Assembly (NCBI GenBank): GCA_951406725.2
Contig: OX597823.1
Span: 115,072,001 to 115,136,000, forward strand
From: Octopus vulgaris
Lineage: Eukaryota
Direction of reading: 5' to 3'
Length of the DNA stretch: 64,000 bases
The stretch's first letter is position 1. Each line of letters starts with the position of its first letter. A program made the translations under genes and the position numbers. This document shows positions 13,621-27,899 of this stretch, in pieces. The notes beneath the pieces were generated by a model. The model had not been told where the DNA came from. It saw only the letters and a program-made list of their open reading frames with translations, and searched no databases.

Positions 13621-13955
13621 AGACAAAGGGATTGAGTCGATTACATCGACCCCAGTGCGTAACTGGTACTTATTTAATCGACTCTGAAAGGATGAAAGGC
13701 AAAGTCAGCCTTGGCGGAATTTGAACTCAGAACGTAACGGCAGACGAAATACCTATTTCTTTACTACTCACAAGGGGCTACACACAGAGGGGACAAACAA
13801 GGACAGACGAACGGATTAAGTCGATTACATCGACCCCAGTGCGTAACTGGTACTTATTTAATCGACCCCGAAAAGATGAAAGGCAAAGTCAGCCTCGGCG
13901 AAATTTGAACTCAGAACGTAACGGCAGACGAAATACCGCAAAGCATTTCGCCCGG
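13570..13955 (-). mobile_element. SINE family B, two units
   Basis: Reverse complement of the B consensus. Confidence 0.9.
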
Positions 13956-13957
13956 CG

Positions 13958-14170
13958 GCGACGGCGAGCAGGCTGAATCGTTCGCACGCCGGGCAAAATG
14001 CTTAGCGGTATTTCGTCTGCCGTTACGTTCTGAGTTCAAATTCCGCCGAGGTCGACTTCGCCTTTCATTTTTTGCCTTTCATTCGGTAAAATAAGAATCA
14101 GTTGCGTGCTGGTGGGGGTCGACTACCCCCCTCCCACGAAATTGTTGATCTTCTGCCAAAATTTGAAGCC
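13958..14170 (+). mobile_element. SINE family B-related copy, head-to-head with the previous one
   Basis: gacggcgagcaggctgaatcgttcgcacgccgggcaaaatgcttagcggtatttcg... Confidence 0.85.
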
Positions 14171-14354
14171 ATTATGAAAGCATGTTTCATTAGTGTTGAC
14201 TTCACAACTTCACACCAACTTCACAACCGGCTTAAATACGTCAACAACATTAACACCCTTATCACTACCATCATCACCGTCAAGGCCATCAAGCAAAGAC
14301 AACATCAAAATCAATGCAATAGCAAAGTCGACGGCAATATCTACACCAGCAACA

Positions 14355-14855
14355 GTGGAGGCGCAATAGCCCAGTGGTTAGGGCAGCGGACTGGCGGTCG
14401 TAAGAACGCGGTTTCGATTCCCAGACCTGGCATTGTAAGTGTTTATTGGGCAAAAACGCCTAATCTCCACGAGGCTCCGGCGGAGAGGGGTGGTGAACCC
14501 CGCTGAACTCTTTCACCACAACTTTCTCTCACTCTTTCTTCCTACATCTGCCACAAAGCAGAGGAACCATGGTGTAACCCGCTATGGTGTGGTAAACTTT
14601 CAGACCCTAGTCTAGATTGCGAATCCTCTGTACCCCAGGATGGTTCAGCTCTCCACCCGTTAAAAGCCACCGTTTACGGAATGAGGATAACAACGTAGCT
14701 TTCACCCCTGTACAACCGCCAGTCTATCGTGTGTGGTGGGTGGATCTTCAAGTTGCCACACGCATTCTTAGCAGCTTAGAGTAGGCTCGAATTAGAGATT
14801 ATTCTTTGGGGCTCATGGCGTGAGTCCTGATTGGAAGAAGAAGAAGAAGAAGAAG
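14355..14855 (+). mobile_element. SINE family C (body type 2, (GAA)n tail), probable 12-bp TSD
   Basis: tRNA-like head; acaccagcaaca at 14343-14354 vs acatcagcaaca at 14856-14867. Confidence 0.82.
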
Positions 14856-15903
14856 ACATCAGCAACAAAATCATTTGACTGATATTTTTATTTTGTTGGT
14901 CTCGGAGAGTTGAAAGGCAAAGTTAGTTTCAGCGGGATTTGAACTCAGAATATGAAGAGCCAGAACGCAACAGTATCACCACCACCACCACCACCAACAA
15001 CAACAACAGCAAAAACAAGAAACAACAGAAACAACAAAAAGAAAAATGGCAAAAGTATCTGTAGTAATATAACAACAACAACGTAAGCGGCCACAGATGA
15101 AAAAGGACAGAAACAAAAAAAAAAGAATAAGAAAAAAAAATTAAATAACGATAAAATCTACACCAACATCGCCACTGTAAAAATGACAACGACAACAACA
15201 ACAACAACAACAACACCATCAGTAACAGCAACAACGACAATATTAATATACATGACCACAGCTGAGGGAAAAGTACACACACACACACACACGCGTGAAC
15301 ACACACATTCGTACACCACAGATAAAAATAATAAAAAAGAAAAACAACTTCCCAAGACTAGAAAAGGTACCAGCGTCTACCACTATCACCGCCACCACCA
15401 ATATTAACAACAACAAGAATAACGACTACAACAATAAAAAGAAGAAGAAGATGAAAATCAAAAACTGAAAATGGCATCTCGAAATCAACAAATTCAGTTT
15501 GCGGCATGATATCAAATCCAAATTGGCGGGTCATTACGGGTTTTGCCAGAGTTTTACTTTCAATGGGGAATCAGCTAATAAGATATGACAATATCTTAAC
15601 TTATTATACCACGTGATATCGATTTCAGATGGAGGCAGAGTTAATATAGAAATAGATTTTACTGACTTTTTCTCTTTGCTTAAAGGAAATGGAACAGACA
15701 ACTTAAGCTCCACCTCAACCTTTTACATTACTCTCTCTCTCTCTCTCTAATTTCGTGTGTGTGTGTGTGTGTGTGTGTGTGCTAGTAGAAGGTATGCGTG
15801 AGGGTGTGTTTGTTTGTTTGTATGTACTTAAATGTGTATATGTGTGCGTGTGACGTTTGTGTGCGGTAAATAGAACTCGAGAAAGCAGACTCGTGTATAG
15901 GCC

Positions 15904-15937
<34 letters not shown>

Positions 15938-16479
15938 ATGAGCATGTGTGTATATGTATATGTATAAATGTATATAAGTGTGTGTGTGCATGAGTATGTG
16001 TGTATAGGTATATGTATGAATGTATATAAGTGTGTGTGTGTGTGTGCATGAGTATGTGTGTATATGTATATGTATGAATGTATATATGTGTGTGTGTGTG
16101 TGTGCATGCGTGTGAATGAGTATGTGTGTATATGTATATGTATGAATGTATATAAGTGTGTGTGTGCATGTATTTCTGTGTGTCTGGGTAGTGAAGACAG
16201 AGTGAGAAAGAAAGAGAGAGAGAGTAAAAAAGGGGAAGAAACTCAGAGGGAACCGATAATATGGACATTTCGTATATCTATGTCATTATGCAAACATACT
16301 AGATGTGACATATTTATACATATATGTTATATATACATACATGTATACAAACACTCACAGGCACACAAATATATACATATATACATGCATACAGTCCTAC
16401 ACGAATGTGTCTGTGTGTGTGTGTGTCTGTGTGTGTGTGTGTGTACATGCATGCATTTATATATATTTTCGCTTTGGCG

Positions 16480-16665
16480 CTTTACTTGTTCCAATCATTG
16501 GAATGCGGCCATTGGAATAGGCTCTTAGCCGAACAAATCAACCCAGGTACATATTTTAAATCTAGGAACTTAACTTTTCGATCTTTTTGCCGAATGACTA
16601 AGTTGCAGGAATGCAAACAAACTAACACCGGTTGTCTAGCAGTATGAGTGGACAAAAATCGACAC
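16480..16665 (-). mobile_element. Old SINE A, 3' half (5' half at ~18062-18157)
   Basis: Diverged match to the A tail; resumes after nested insertions. Confidence 0.65.
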
Positions 16666-16671
16666 AATATA

Positions 16672-17400
16672 CCAAGTGCGTTCAAAAGTTATCCAGCTTA
16701 CTTTTTCCTGCCAAAGCTAATGCTGCGTGGGCAAAATCTTTTGGGGTAAAGGTGAAGCCACCCTTCCTGCGTATGTGCGAAAATTTTCGTACCGGTAGGC
16801 CGCGTCTGTGTAGTGCGCGGTCGTCGGATTTTCGTTTCCACGCAAGATGACAGAACGCATCGATCAGAAACCTTGATACTCAAGTTCAAACCATCTAGAA
16901 GATTCAGCAGGCCTTTGGCGATGAGGCCATGGGCAAAACTCAGCTCAAGGAGTGATACAACCCTTTCAAATATGGCCGCGCATCTCCCCCGTGGAGAACG
17001 AGGCACACTAAAACAGGCCGAAAGTAGGATCCGACCGAAATGGTTCGGCGAATAGTCAAGGAAAACCGCCGTGTAACATTCCTGGAAATGAGTCACGAAG
17101 AATAAGCTCAGGATCAGTGCAATCCATCTTAAAGGAAGTTTTGTGGCATGCGGAGGGTGTCGACGAAAAAATAAAGCCGGGTACTTTTTGAACGCATCAC
17201 ATAATCCAAGTTTTCCTGGTCAAGAACAACAGACCACTTGTTCGACAGGCTCCCTACTCTCCCGACTTGGCACCGTTTGACTTCTGCCGTTTCCTTACAC
17301 TGAAAACCACGATGAAAGGGAAGCGATTTGAGCCATGAGAGGAAATTATGAGAAAAGCGATGATGGAGCGCCATAGCATTTCAGAGCAAGACATTCCAGA
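16672..17400 (+). pseudogene. Internally deleted mariner transposon
   Basis: Plus-strand peptides QQAFGDEAMGKTQLKE*YNPFKYGR (HTH region) and LVRQAPYSPDLAPFDF...LKTTMKGKRF (mariner YSPDLAP motif); starts after TA. Confidence 0.88.
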
Positions 17401-17705
17401 GGCAAAATCCTCGAGTATAGTCCGCCCTTGAGTATAATACGCAGGATTTTTAGGAGGCTGTACCTCTGAAAACCTAAACCTTGTGTATAATATGCACCCC
17501 TTCTCTAACTTGAGTCGTGCGTAATTAAGCCAGCAGCACCTAGTCGAAAAAACACTTCCACGCATGCGTAATACAATAATGGTAATGTTCTTAACTGCTA
17601 TATGGGAATGTAGATATGTTTGCAAATTGTTTTTGCTACATGTTATCATTAAAATACCATCACGAGTGGTAAGCGAATTATCAACCGTATAGGCAAATTA
17701 ATAAA

Positions 17706-17906
17706 ATATATACATACAATATTAGATATGTACATATATACACAAGGGTACTACATGAGTACCTATGTCGCTAAAAATGTCTGTAATAGATTTGTGACTA
17801 TTCGGTGGTACAGAAGTATTTTTTTTTACTTATATTTTGTAGTGACATAGGTACTCATGTAGTATCCTTGTGAATATATGTACATATCTAATATTGTGTG
17901 TATATA
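17706..17906. repeat. Hairpin with ~72-bp inverted arms (MITE-like)
   Basis: 17706-17778 is the reverse complement of 17834-17906 with few mismatches. Confidence 0.85.
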
Positions 17907-17920
17907 TATATATATCATAT

Positions 17921-18007
<87 letters not shown>

Positions 18008-18166
18008 TAGATATAGATATATGTACATACATACATACATACATATATATATACATATATATACAACGAACTTCTACACAGTTTCGGTCCAGTAGATTCA
18101 TTCACAATGCATTGGTCTGCACAGAACTATTGTAGGAGAAACTTGCCTAAGATGCTGTGAGTTTGT

Positions 18167-18211
<45 letters not shown>

Positions 18212-18467
18212 ACATGCATACGCACACACATATATGTATATACATACATGCATGCATACATACATACACATACATATATACATATATACATACATAAATA
18301 GATATGCAGGTTTCTATATTGCCCAAATGTATTTTTGCAGTGATCACATTGGGTTTGAACTGAAGACCTATGGATTGGTAAGTTTCTCTCCAAGCCAGCC
18401 GGATTCTGTAATAGAAGAGACATGCCGGGTTTGATCCCACTGTGTGCCATCTTTGGTAAATTAGCCC

Positions 18468-18519
<52 letters not shown>

Positions 18520-18689
18520 TGTGTTTCTTTGCAATCTTTGTGCTTACACCTTTCTATATGCCAATGTGACATATGCTGTCCGGTTGTGTCCTGTAACACA
18601 GCGGTTCGACAAACAGTCATCGTTAACATAAGTAACCTATATGTGGATAGTGAAGATTTTGAACAGTGATATCGTCAATCTAAGATTAT

Positions 18690-19480
18690 TGAGGAACCGT
18701 ATGATAAAATGGAAAAGAGGATTGTCCGTAGCCATTTCACCAGAATTATAGATATCAGCAATGGAATCTTCCTAAATGACTCACTGACACTCCTGTTTAT
18801 AGTAGTACGTCTATTTTTTTTAATATATTCCCCAGAATATGATGAAATCGTGTGGTTTTGAAATGAAAGTAGCACTCTAAAAGCCCTATTTAAGATAGAT
18901 GACTTGAAGCTAAATGAAAAACAAAATGAAGCCCCTATATTTGGGCTGTATTCCAAACAACGCAGATATTTAGCACAATTGGAATGTCAGAGGCATGTGT
19001 AAGAAATTAAATGGGTAAAATGCATGAGAGAGTGTGAGCTGCAAAGGAATGGATGAAGTATTAAGGGAATTTGAACCCTAGGAAATATACAAACAGGGGC
19101 TGTTGGAGACGTGCCAAACGCAATAAAAATAATGGAAGAAGATGGTAAGAAACAAAAAGAAATTTTGTCTTGCGTATAAGCAAACATTTTTTGTATAAAA
19201 CAAACTTTAGCCAATAAATACAATAGCAATATATGAAGTGTAGAGGAAGGTATATTTAATAATAAACCAAACAAATTTGAGCTGTCTCTGTGGTGAGTAA
19301 TTTAATATACGTGGACAAATATGAACAAATGTGTTATTTTTTTTCTTTAATGTTTCTGTGGGCGGAAAATGGGGGATATCCTGTCCACAGAGAGATTAAA
19401 AGATGTATTAGCTTACATTTACTCACATATATTATATTACAGACCACAGTAACGGCCAAAAGTTTGATCGTGTTTATTAT
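18690..19480 (+). pseudogene. Non-LTR retrotransposon RT relic (R4/Dong-like)
   Basis: IDISNGIFLNDSLTLLFIV and LFKIDDLKL resemble the GIFQGDSLSPLLF and LFMDDLKL RT motifs. Confidence 0.7.
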
Positions 19481-19554
19481 AAGTTACTCCTTAATTTATA
19501 CATAACAGACCACGTTAACATATGCCTTTTATTACATCATAAATTTATAGCAAT

Positions 19555-19788
19555 ATCTCGTTTTTGGATTTGGTTTGCAAGATTTTTTATATGAGTTCGT
19601 GTGTTGAAGCATATTCTGCTGTGTCTGGGGAGAGTCATTCTCTTTTAGTGCCTTATTATTTAATACACTCACCGGTAAAATTTCCACTTATTTCTTAATT
19701 TTTATTTTCTAAAATTTTCGTTGCGTCTTGCAACCTTTTCAGTAGTCAAGGCACTAAAAGAGAATGACTCTCCCCAGACCCAACAGAT
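19555..19788 (-). mobile_element. PLE-type terminal repeat (family E) with hammerhead motif and an inverted ~40-bp segment
   Basis: 19706-19746 minus: CTGAAAA g gttgc aagac gcaac GAAA attt TA; the segment at 19616-19655 is repeated inverted at 19748-19788. Confidence 0.7.
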
Positions 19789-20300
19789 TATAGCAAAATG
19801 TTTTGACATAACTTTAATGGACTACTTTAGCATGGGATGTACCAGAGTAGCCGTAGCGTAAACTACGCCGTGAAATTGCCTGATCTGGGTTTTAGAGTCA
19901 GAGCTAGTTATGATGAAGGTTAAGCTAAGGGTTCGCTACACGTTAAAGTGTAAATCGCCAGACAGTCCGCACACTAAAGTGACACCACTTTCATGGCGTC
20001 AATTCGGTGATGTGTGAGAAGCGAAGTTTGGGAGTAAAAGCAAAGAAGCACTTCACCTTAAATTTTGTCTAAAACTTTTCAAAGACGAACCCATTCTGCA
20101 TCCTGGTAATTAGGACTCTAATTTATCTCAGGTAACACTTCCAGATTATCTGCTAAAGTGAAGCTGCAAGGATTGCAATGGGTTTGAACTGAAAACCTGT
20201 GAACATTTAGCACCATCCGGGTGAATAACAATCAAGCAATGATCAAAGACATTCCAACCACGATTATCCTCTCTGTTTAGAAGTATCTACATCCAATATA

Positions 20301-20475
20301 ATTCTGTTGTGTCTGGGGAGAGTCATCTTTTTTTTTTGTGCCTTATAATTTTACCGGTGAGTGTGTTACATTATAAGGCACTAAAAGAGAATGACTCTCC
20401 CCAGACACAACAGAACATGCTTCAACACACGAACTCATATAAAGAATCTTGCAAAACAAATCCCAAAACGAAATA
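20301..20475 (+). mobile_element. Second family E fragment, opposite orientation, with the same segment inverted at its end
   Basis: Matches 19555-19680 in reverse; internal inverted repeat 20301-20346 / 20372-20415. Confidence 0.75.
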
Positions 20476-20739
20476 CATCCAATATAACTTTCTTTGTTTA
20501 GCTCAGGCAAACACGGTTAATTGCTGGTTTTGTATCACTGACCAAGAGACAATATATTTCTTATAGATTTCTTATAGTGCTGTTCTTACTGTCTTCTGAT
20601 TCTCAATTTTGCAAAGTATTGCACATCACTTAACTTGATCTGTCTGAAACACTTACAGAACTCCCTGTAGTAACAGAGAATATTCTCAGCTCAACGATAA
20701 ATACTCAACACTTTTTTCCTAGTGCAATGTGTTTGCAAA

Positions 20740-20882
<143 letters not shown>

Positions 20883-21059
20883 TGTACATTTAAGAACATA
20901 AGAGGTATCCATCATAGGATTCCTGGCACGCTAGAAGGAACAGCCAAAATCCAAACCATTATTAGGGATAAACGTCGAGGGGAATCAAAAATAAAAACAT
21001 TTACCATCTATCTCCTGACCTTCTAAAATTTTTATTACCCTGATATTATCAATTATGTA

Positions 21060-21110
<51 letters not shown>

Positions 21111-21206
21111 GCATATACATATATATATATATGTATGTATCTATCTATCTATCTCTCTCTCTCTCTATATATATATATACACATATATATATACACATAT
21201 ATATAT

Positions 21207-21255
<49 letters not shown>

Positions 21256-21392
21256 CATACATCATATATACATATATGTGTGTGTGCGTATGTGTGTTTG
21301 TGTGTATACTCACAAACATAACTACATATACATTTACATATGCATACACACTCTCTCTCTCATCTCTCTCTCTCTCATACACACACACACAC

Positions 21393-21431
<39 letters not shown>

Positions 21432-21789
21432 CGCGCATGCCCTGCTACGAATCTACGTCAATCAGCTTTGGCACATACTGCCATACATACATACATACAT
21501 ACATACATACATACATACATACATACATACCATTTCGCTTGCCGTTTTCTAGTTACTTTCTCCGAACCCTCACCCCTTCACCAGCATCACCGCAGCCACC
21601 ACCACTGCTGCTACAACTACTACTACTACTATTACTACTACTTGACCGACCGTCTAACATACAGATTTCCAAGCCGGTTCTCTCTTTCTCTCTTTCTCTC
21701 TCTAAACATAGAAAGAAGGAAAGAAAGAAAAAAAGAAGGAAAGAAAGAAAAAAGAAGGAAAGAAAGAAAGAAATAATGTATGTGTATAT

Positions 21790-22030
21790 ATGCTCTTTTA
21801 CTCTTTTACTTGTTTCAGTCATTTGACTGTGGCCATGCTGGACATACATACATACATACATACATACATACATACATACATACATACATACATACATACA
21901 TACATACATACATACATACATACATACATACATACATACATACATACATACATACATACATACATACATACATACATACATACATACATACATACATACA
22001 TACATACATACATACATACATACATACATG
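21790..22030 (-). repeat. SINE A tail fragment running into a long (CATA)n
   Basis: cttttacttgtttcagtcatttgactgtggccatgctgga followed by ~190 bp of (CATA)n. Confidence 0.85.
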
Positions 22031-22485
22031 CATAACAAAAACGAAAAGAACAACAACAATAATCCTTAATTACTATAAGCACAAAGCATGAAATATTAGG
22101 GGAGGGGTCAAGTTGATTTCATTGTCCCCAATGTTTCACTGGTACTTAATTTATAGACCCCGAAAGGATGAAAAGCAAAGTCGACTTCGGTGGAATTTTT
22201 ACTCAGAACGTAATTAAGATAGGCAAAGTTTGAATGGAAAAATTAATTAAATCCAAAGGAAATTTTTTAGGATTCCTGTTAGTCATTCCAACGTACATAC
22301 ATACATACATTAATACATACATTAATACATATATACATACATACATACACACGTACATACATACATACCTACCTACCTACCTACATACATACATACATGC
22401 ATACATACATACATACATACATACATACATACATACATACATACATACATACATACATACATACATACATACATACATACATACA

Positions 22486-22518
<33 letters not shown>

Positions 22519-22990
22519 GTATATCATATATATTGTCTAGCAAATCTACTCACAAGGCTTTTGTTGGCCCATGATTATAGTAGAAAGCACTTGCCACGCT
22601 GAAGGATTGAACTCGGAGCCATATGACTATGAAGCAACCATAGAGCCACGCCTTCTTACTATAGAACCACGCCTGCGATTATTAAGATAATTAGCGTTTA
22701 ATTACTGTAAAAATTATAGTATGATCTTGTGTTTTATATAAAACCAAATTTTTCATATAAAATTTGTGAAGGAATTCCCATGGGACCCGAGTAATGCGAA
22801 AAAGTTCAGAAAAAAATAATAACGAAATATTCTACAAAGCCATCAAATGCAGAGGTTGTGAACCAGGGTTCTTATGACCTTTGGTGGGTGAGGGCCATGT
22901 AAGATTTTGCTGTTGAAGTTTGTGTGTAATAAATTGGTTAAAATACGCAAAATATTTTAAGAATTTTTAATAGAATTCCTAATAATATTT

Positions 22991-23217
22991 ATTCTTTTAC
23001 TTGTTTCAGTCATTTGACTGCGGCCATGCTGGAGCACCACCTTTAGTCGAGCAAATCGACCCCAGGACTTATTCTTTGTAAGCCTAGTACTTATTCTATC
23101 GGTCTCTCTTGCCGAACTGCTAAGTGACGGGGATGTAAACACGCCAGCATCGCTTGTCAAACGATGTTGGGGAGGGACAAACACAGACACACAAACATAT
23201 ACATACAGACACACACA

Positions 23218-23251
<34 letters not shown>

Positions 23252-23258
23252 TAAATAG

Positions 23259-23307
<49 letters not shown>

Positions 23308-23455
23308 ACGGGCTTCTTTCAGCTTCCGTCTACCAAATCCACTCACAAGGCTTTGGTCGGCCCGAAGTAGAAGACACTTGCCCAAGGTGCCACGCAGTGG
23401 GATTGAACCCGTAGCCATATGGTTGGTAAGCAAGCTACTTACCACACAGCCACTC
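22991..23455 (-). mobile_element. SINE family A, possibly inserted in an old hAT-like MITE (22850-23537)
   Basis: Full consensus match; flanks cagaggttgtgaacc and ggttgtcaaacactg look like decayed TIRs. Confidence 0.9.
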
Positions 23456-23783
23456 TTTTTTTAGCATCGACTAGTTATGAAGGGTCACTAATAGAAATCA
23501 AAAGGGTCCATACGTAAAAAATGGTTGTCAAACACTGATCTACAGAGTCTCTTCATTGTCGGCCGACACTGCAAGAAATAGTAGCGAGAATTAATTCCTG
23601 TCATACTGTACTTTCTTAAAACGAAAATGTCACAATGAATAATGTGATACTTTATATGCCCTACATGGAATGGTCACGGCTGAAAAGTCTTTCACTTAGA
23701 CCGAAACGACTACAACAATATACATTAGAACTCAAGCATTTGTTGAGTATCGAAAATTGTATCGCTATGAATATATATATATA

Positions 23784-24315
<532 letters not shown>

Positions 24316-24402
24316 AAAAAAATATATATATATATATAAGCACTGGTATTGATATTTTTGGAGGGAATTCACATGCCACTCCAGGGTGGATTCAACTCAG
24401 AA

Positions 24403-25473
24403 TGTCTTTCTCCCTCTCCATCTTCCTCTCTCTCTCTCTCCCTCTCTTTTTCTCTCCCTACATTGCTTTCTCTCTATATTTCTCTGTCTTTCTCCCTCTC
24501 CATCTCCCTCTCTCTCTCTCTCTCCCTCTCTTTTTCTCTCCCTACATTGCTTTCTCTCTATATTTCTCTGTCTTTCTCCCTCTCCATCTTCCTCTCTCTC
24601 TCTCCCTCTCTTTTTCTCTCCCTACATTGCTTTCTCTCTATATTTCTCTGTCTTTCTCCCTCTCCATCTTCCTCTCTCTCTCCCTCTCTTTTTCTCTCCC
24701 TACATTGCTTTCTCTCTATATTTCTCTCTGTCTTTCTCCCTCTCCATCTTCCTCTCTCTCTCTCCCTCTCTTTTTCTCTCCCTACATTGCTTTCTCTCTA
24801 TATTTCTCTGTCTTTCTCCCTCTCCATCTTCCTCTCTCTCTCTCCCTCTCTTTTTCTCTCCCTACATTGCTTTCTCTCTATATTTCTCTGTCTTTCTCCC
24901 TCTCCATCTTCCTCTCTCTCTCTCTCTCTCTCTTTTTCTCTCCCTACATTGCTTTCTCTCTATATTTCTCTGTCTTTCTCCCTCTCCATCTTCCTCTCTC
25001 TCTCTCTCTCCCTCTCTTTTTCTCTCCCTACATTGCTTTCTCTCTATATTTCTCTGTCTTTCTCCCTCTCCATCTTCCTCTCTCTCTCTCTCTCTCTCTC
25101 TCTTTTTCTCTCCCTACATTGCTTTCTCTCTATATTTCTCTGTCTTTCTCCCTCTCCATCTTCCTCTCTCTCTCTCTCTCCCTCTCTTTTTCTCTCCCTA
25201 CATTGCTTTCTCTCTATATTTCTCTGTCTTTCTCCCTCTCCATCTTCCTCTCTCTCTCTCTCCCTCTCTTTTTCTCTCCCTACATTGCTTTCTCTCTATA
25301 TTTCTCTGTCTTTCTCCCTCTCCATCTTCCTCTCTCTCTCTCTCTCCCTCTCTTTTTCTCTCCCTACATTGCTTTCTCTCTATATTTCTCTGTCTTTCTC
25401 CCTCTCCATCTTCCTCTCTCTCTCTCTCTCCCTCTCTCTCTCTCTCCCTACATTGCTTTCTCTCTATATTTCT
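24403..25473. repeat. Polypyrimidine minisatellite, 13 units of ~78-86 bp
   Basis: ctacattgctttctctctatatttc recurs 13 times; unit length varies mainly through an internal (CT)n. Confidence 0.95.
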
Positions 25474-26358
25474 TACCTTCTCTTATTTTTGACATTTTCA
25501 CTTTCACTTTCACTTTCCATTTCTCCCTTCTTTTCCTCCTCATATCCAGTTTCTCTCCTTCTCTTTCCCTCTTTCTCCCTTTCTCTCAATTTCTCTATTT
25601 CTCTTTCTCTCCCCCTTCCCTTCCGCTTTCACATTTTCCATGTCACACACATACAGACTACCCTGCTCCTACACGCACACATCCACTCACAACCCACCAC
25701 CAACTTCAACCCACCCCAACCCCCTGCACACACAAACACGTGCGCACTCTCTCACTCTATTTCTCTCTCCCTCTTGCTCTCTCTATCTCTCTATCTCTCT
25801 CTTCCTTTCTCTCTTTATCTCTGACTCTTCATTTCTGTCACCCTCTCTGTCATTTCTGTCACCCTCTCTGTCTCACTTTTCCCTATCTTACACTCTACAA
25901 CTCTTTCTCTCTCTCTCTCTCTCTTTCTCTCTAAATAAATTACCCCATCTTACTACCACTCCTTAAACACACTCCCTTTAACTATCCCTCACCCCCACCC
26001 CCTCCACCTCTTCCTCCTAACACGACGTTCCACACAACCAGTCAATGAATCCTGTCCGTCCATTGTGTGCCGCCTCGTGCCTCGCTATGTCTCTCTGTGG
26101 CCTCTACGTGTGCATGCGTGCACGTGTGCGAGTGTGTGTGAGTGTGTGCGAGTCTGTGTGTATAATTTGTGCCTAAGTGCGTGTGTATGTGCATGTATGC
26201 GTCAGAGTATGTGTGGCACGTGTGTATCTTCGTGTAAAAGAGTGCAGCTATGCGTGTGCATGTGTGTATGTGTATCTTTCTGTGTACTTGTGCATGCGTA
26301 TATGTACTTGTATGCGTATGCACGAGTATGCGTCTGTTGGTTTGCTAGTGTTTTTCTC

Positions 26359-26403
<45 letters not shown>

Positions 26404-26859
26404 CTAAGAATGTGTGTGTATGTTTGTTTGTGCTCATTCTCATATTATAAATGTGTATGAGTGTATGTGTTGTGTAACTCATGTGTGCGTATGTATTATG
26501 TACGTGAGCATGTGTGTTTGAGTGTGTGTGTGTGTATGTGTGTGTGTGCGTGTGTGTGCGTGTGTGTGCGTGTCTCTGTATGTGTGTGTGAACAGTTTTT
26601 CTATTCCTCCGCTCACCCCCCTCCCTCCTTCCCGCTGGTCTCTTCTCTCGACTCTCCATTCTTCTACTTCGTTCTGGCTTTTATATTCCTGATATGGTGA
26701 CGTTTATGTCATATAGGGGAGGAGTAGCGGGAGTAAGAAGAGGAGGAGGGAGGAGAGGTGTGAATAAGGAAGGGGGGAGTGCGGGGGCGGATTTGCTGAG
26801 TCAGGTTAGGACACATTCCTGGGACACATCATGGCCATCTGGGATATCATCAATACATT

Positions 26860-27497
26860 ACTAACACCATCTCCGCCGCCTCTACCCCCATCACCACTAC
26901 GACCACCAACATCGCAAGCACCACCGCCGTCACCACCATTACTATCACCACTACCACCACCACTATCACCACCATCATCAGCACTACTATCACTACTACC
27001 CCCACCATCACAGCCACTACCACCATCATCACCATCGCTACCACCACCACTACCGTTAACACTACCACCACTACTACGACTACCATCACTACCATCACCA
27101 CCATCACCACCACCATCACCACCACCACCACCACCACCACCACCACCACCACCACCATCATCACCACCATCACCATCACCACCACTGCCACCTCCATCAT
27201 CAGCACTACTATCACCACCACCATCACCACCACCACTACAACCCAACGCACCACCAACTCCACTACTCACCACCACCATCACCACCACCACTACCACCAC
27301 CACCACCACCACCATCACCATCATAATCACCACCACCACCACCATCACCACTATTGCTACCGTCGCTACCATTGTAACCACTACCACCATCACCATCCTC
27401 ACCATGATTGCCACCGCAACTACCACTATCACTACTACAGCTGTAACAAACACCACCATTCCTACTACTACTACTACTACTGCTGCTGCTGCTACCA

Positions 27498-27528
<31 letters not shown>

Positions 27529-27545
27529 AACTACTACTACTACAG
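26860..27545. repeat. (ACC/ACT/GCT)n trinucleotide tract
   Basis: Seen directly. Confidence 0.92.
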
Positions 27546-27899
27546 TTTGTCGGTTACCTCCAGGTCAGATCCTTCTCCGTTTCCCCAGCCCCAACCCAGA
27601 AGCTATACGGTCGTTACATCGACGACTGTGTTGGCGCCACCTCCTTTAGCCCACAAACAGCTCATCTTCATTTCCTTCGTTAATTCTATTGCATGCCGCA
27701 ATAGAATTCCCATCTATCATCTCCACCGTCAACGCTAACACTGCCACCACCACCATCACCGCCAACAACACCACCTCTGTCTTGCTACACCAACCACTCC
27801 ACCTCTCTTTTTTACACCCTAGTTACTCCCACATCTATTTCAATTTCATCTCATTTTACCTCCATTCACACCTATCGATCCCCTAGTCTAAATTCCTGC

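Noticed and set aside
24349-25934. Longest ORFs in the track (368-510 aa)
   Set aside because: A stop-free pyrimidine minisatellite, open in all three frames.
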